A DNA stretch of 34,587 bases from a bacterium (GTDB lineage Bacteria; DRYD01), in contig JBKBIY010000001.1 of assembly GCA_046294045.1 (NCBI GenBank), positions 1-34,587 on the forward strand, given 5' to 3'. The notes under the pieces were generated by a model that was not told the DNA's origin, did no database searches, and saw nothing but the letters and a program-made list of their open reading frames with translations. Position numbers and translations under genes: made by a program. This document shows, piece by piece, positions 32,551 through 34,587 of the stretch (position 1 is its first letter; every line of letters begins with the position of its first letter).

Positions 32551-32570
32551 ATTTAGTTAAATTTAGTTAA
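32551..32570. repeat. 10-nt tandem duplication ATTTAGTTAA x2 (third degenerate copy TTTTAATTAA upstream)
   Basis: Read from the sequence. It spans the stop codon (32563-32565) of the GspF-like gene and the 22-nt spacer before the Amj-like start. Confidence 0.6.
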
Positions 32571-33576
32571 AATCCTGAAGCAAGGGTAAATAAATACTTA
32601 TAAAACTAATAACTATCAATCCACCAACCAAAATCATTCCTAATACCACTAGAAAAATTAAAATTCCAAAAATTTTCTTTTTTAAGTCCTTAGATGATTT
32701 TTCAAAAATCCTTTCAGATACTTTTATTAATTCCTTATCTAAAACTCCTGTTTCAAACGAACTTTTTAACATTAATTGATAATCCCTAGGAAAAGCCTTA
32801 ACAATTTTTTCCATAATTTCCTTATCTACCACAGTATAATTATTTGTCACTCTAGAAAAGTAAGAAATAAAAGATGACTTTATATAGTTATTTTGTAAAG
32901 TTAAAGTGGAAATATACAAAGCGGTTGCCAGAGGTAATCCAGCATTTATTAAATTCCCCCAAATATTCATCAAACCTGAAAAGGTAATTTCCCTATAAGG
33001 TCCGCCTAAAACATAGTACTCAAACAAATCTAAAACAGGATTTCTAAAACTTAAGAAAATTCCTATTAAAACCATAAAAAATATAAATATCAAAACATTA
33101 ACTGGGCTTAGTAAATTATCAACAAACTCTATAATTTTCCATACTTGACCACTTTTATCCTCTGTAAATTTACTTATCACGTTATTGAAGATAAAATAAA
33201 ATATGCCAACCCCAAAAATTAATAAAAAATTAAGCATAAATAAGTAGCCTTTATATACTTTTAATTCGTTATCAATCTTTTCCAAATACTCTAGAACTTT
33301 TAGATAGCTTTCAAGTACCTGCGTAAACTGCCCACTTTTTTCAGCGGCTTCTAAAACATAACTAAATTCTAAAGGCACTACACCACTTTTTCTTAAAGCT
33401 AAATAAAGAGGAACTTTATTCACTAATACATCTTTTTCTATTAATTTTCCAATCCTAACATAAGCGGGAGAATCAATCAAAAATTTAACAATATTTGCAG
33501 TAGTAGACCCACTTTCATATGAGTTAATTAAAAAATCAATGAAATTAATTAATTTCCTTCTATTCATAACTATCAA
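32563..33576 (-). CDS. Type II secretion / type IV pilus platform protein family (GspF/PilC-like), short form
   Basis: 337 aa with two T2SSF-like repeats (VPLYLALRKSGVVPLEFSYVLEAAEKSGQFTQVLESYLKVLE and GLPLATALYISTL..FPRDYQLMLKSSFETGVLDKELIKVSERIFE) and three hydrophobic helices. Confidence 0.6.
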   Translation of the reverse strand: MIVMNRRKLINFIDFLINSYESGSTTANIVKFLIDSPAYVRIGKLIEKDVLVNKVPLYLALRKSGVVPLEFSYVLEAAEKSGQFTQVLESYLKVLEYLEKIDNELKVYKGYLFMLNFLLIFGVGIFYFIFNNVISKFTEDKSGQVWKIIEFVDNLLSPVNVLIFIFFMVLIGIFLSFRNPVLDLFEYYVLGGPYREITFSGLMNIWGNLINAGLPLATALYISTLTLQNNYIKSSFISYFSRVTNNYTVVDKEIMEKIVKAFPRDYQLMLKSSFETGVLDKELIKVSERIFEKSSKDLKKKIFGILIFLVVLGMILVGGLIVISFISIYLPLLQDFN

Positions 33577-33582
33577 TAAATC

Positions 33583-34122
33583 CTAACTTCCAATAAATAT
33601 ACTATCAATTTTATGATACACAGAACCCAAGGGATTGAGTAAACTCTTAAATAGGGTTATCTCCTTTGCTACAAAACTAACAGGCTCAATTCTGTATTTT
33701 TTAAGTATATCCTGAGAAGAAGGTGATATAACCTTTTTTACTCTACCAATGGTAATATGAGGACTAAACCTATCTTCACCAAAAATTTTGGATATTTTTT
33801 TATAAATTTCATAAAGCACATCCAAAGGCTCAACTTTTAAAAAAATAACCTTTATTCTTGATTGATTATAAAAAAAACCTAATTCCTCCAAAATACTAAT
33901 TTTAAACTCTTTAAAATCCCTAAATTCCTCTTTTAATTTTTGAAAATTATTCTTAGCATAATCTTGATCAATATTTTCAAAAAACCTAAAAGTTAGATGG
34001 TAATTATGGGTACTTACCCACTTTATATCGTGGTAATCAAAATGTTTTTTTAAGTCAAAAATTTGTACTGTTATAAAGTTTTTTATCTCATAGGGTAAGT
34101 CCAAAGCGATAAAAGCTCTCAT
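33583..34122 (-). CDS. thpR: RNA 2',3'-cyclic phosphodiesterase (2H family, ThpR/LigT)
   Basis: 179 aa. MRAFIAL N-terminus and two HxT motifs (HLTFRF and HITIGR). Confidence 0.85.
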   Translation of the reverse strand: MRAFIALDLPYEIKNFITVQIFDLKKHFDYHDIKWVSTHNYHLTFRFFENIDQDYAKNNFQKLKEEFRDFKEFKISILEELGFFYNQSRIKVIFLKVEPLDVLYEIYKKISKIFGEDRFSPHITIGRVKKVISPSSQDILKKYRIEPVSFVAKEITLFKSLLNPLGSVYHKIDSIFIGS

Positions 34123-34160
34123 TTATCCATTAATTTAGCAAAAATTTATTTAGCCCAAAA

Positions 34161-34587
34161 TTAATTTAGTAAAGTTTGTTTTATTTTGGATTCCAATTCA
34201 ACTACTAAAGAAGGATTATTTTCAAGGTATTCCGTAAGTTTTTCCTTACCTTGTCCTATTTTTTCGTCGCCGTAAGAATACCAGCTTCCACTTTTATTTA
34301 TTAAGTTAAGCTCCGTTGCTAAATCAGCTATTTCACCGATTTTATCTATACCTTTTCCAAATATTATGTTAAATTGTGCTTCTCTAAAGGGAGGAGATAC
34401 TTTATTTTTAACAACTTTAGCTTTAACCCTTGCCCCTATGTTTAATTCTCCTTTTTTTATGTTATCTACTTTTCTTAATTCAACTCTTACGCTTGAGTAA
34501 AACTTTAAGGCTCTTCCACCGGGAGTAGTTTCCGGATTACCAAACATCACTCCCACTTTTTCTCTTATTTGATTAATAAATATCACT
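34161..34587 (-). CDS. recA: Recombinase RecA, C-terminal part; the gene continues past the right window edge
   Basis: (V)[38 protein letters not shown] is the conserved RecA L2/core region. The M in the track is an internal GTG (Val), and the frame is open to the window end. Confidence 0.95.
   Translation of the reverse strand, partial: VIFINQIREKVGVMFGNPETTPGGRALKFYSSVRVELRKVDNIKKGELNIGARVKAKVVKNKVSPPFREAQFNIIFGKGIDKIGEIADLATELNLINKSGSWYSYGDEKIGQGKEKLTEYLENNPSLVVELESKIKQTLLN

Noticed and set aside
34123-34160. Recurrent AATTTAG / CTAAATTAAT motif in the recA-thpR spacer, echoed at 32545-32570
   Set aside because: There are only two spacers with the motif and the sequence is very AT-rich. 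I cannot distinguish it from chance without a genome-wide count.
1-34587. CRISPR arrays, transposons/IS elements, toxin-antitoxin pairs and known defence systems
   Set aside because: I scanned for regularly spaced repeats of 25-40 nt, terminal inverted repeats, and small paired ORFs. The only repeats found are the short tandem units reported above, and none has spacer-repeat architecture.

Overview
This is an AT-rich (by eye about 28-30% GC), very gene-dense bacterial chromosomal segment. I count about 35 protein genes and two tRNAs. All but two genes (kup and a prepilin-type gene) are on the minus strand, and many are joined by 1-, 4-, 8- or 16-nt start/stop overlaps. Most of the content is housekeeping:
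- Envelope and transport: a TolC-like outer-membrane protein plus a CusB-like adaptor, forming a heavy-metal efflux operon that runs off the left edge. The adaptor is absent from the supplied ORF track because it has no stop in the window. Also Kup, PBP2, FtsX with an EnvC-like M23 peptidase, an MFS transporter, MurD, WecG/TagA, an Amj-like protein and a PilC/GspF-like protein.
- Information processing: MutS, S12, EF-Ts, YebC, pol III delta-prime, SSB, CysRS, Dtd, ThpR/LigT and the 3' part of recA at the right edge.
- Metabolism and signalling: PyrH, a GAF-GGDEF cyclase, a PIG-L deacetylase, PncA and HemB.
- RNA genes: tRNA-Arg(UCU) and tRNA-Gly(UCC).
I saw no CRISPR array, transposase, integrase, phage or recognisable defence genes. 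The best candidate for something undescribed is a translationally coupled three-gene membrane module (19087-21532) that I cannot place in any family. Secondary candidates:
- a 524-aa TPR-tailed orphan protein that starts 8 nt after tRNA-Gly;
- a secreted beta-rich protein coupled to holB;
- a Cys/His-cluster small ORF with 12-nt direct repeats upstream of the metal-efflux operon.
Several canonical operons (str, rpsB-tsf-pyrH-frr, ftsEX, dcw, rpsF-ssb-rpsR) are broken up and re-assorted here. The taxon cannot be named from the sequence alone. All family calls rest on motifs I recognise by eye, not on searches.
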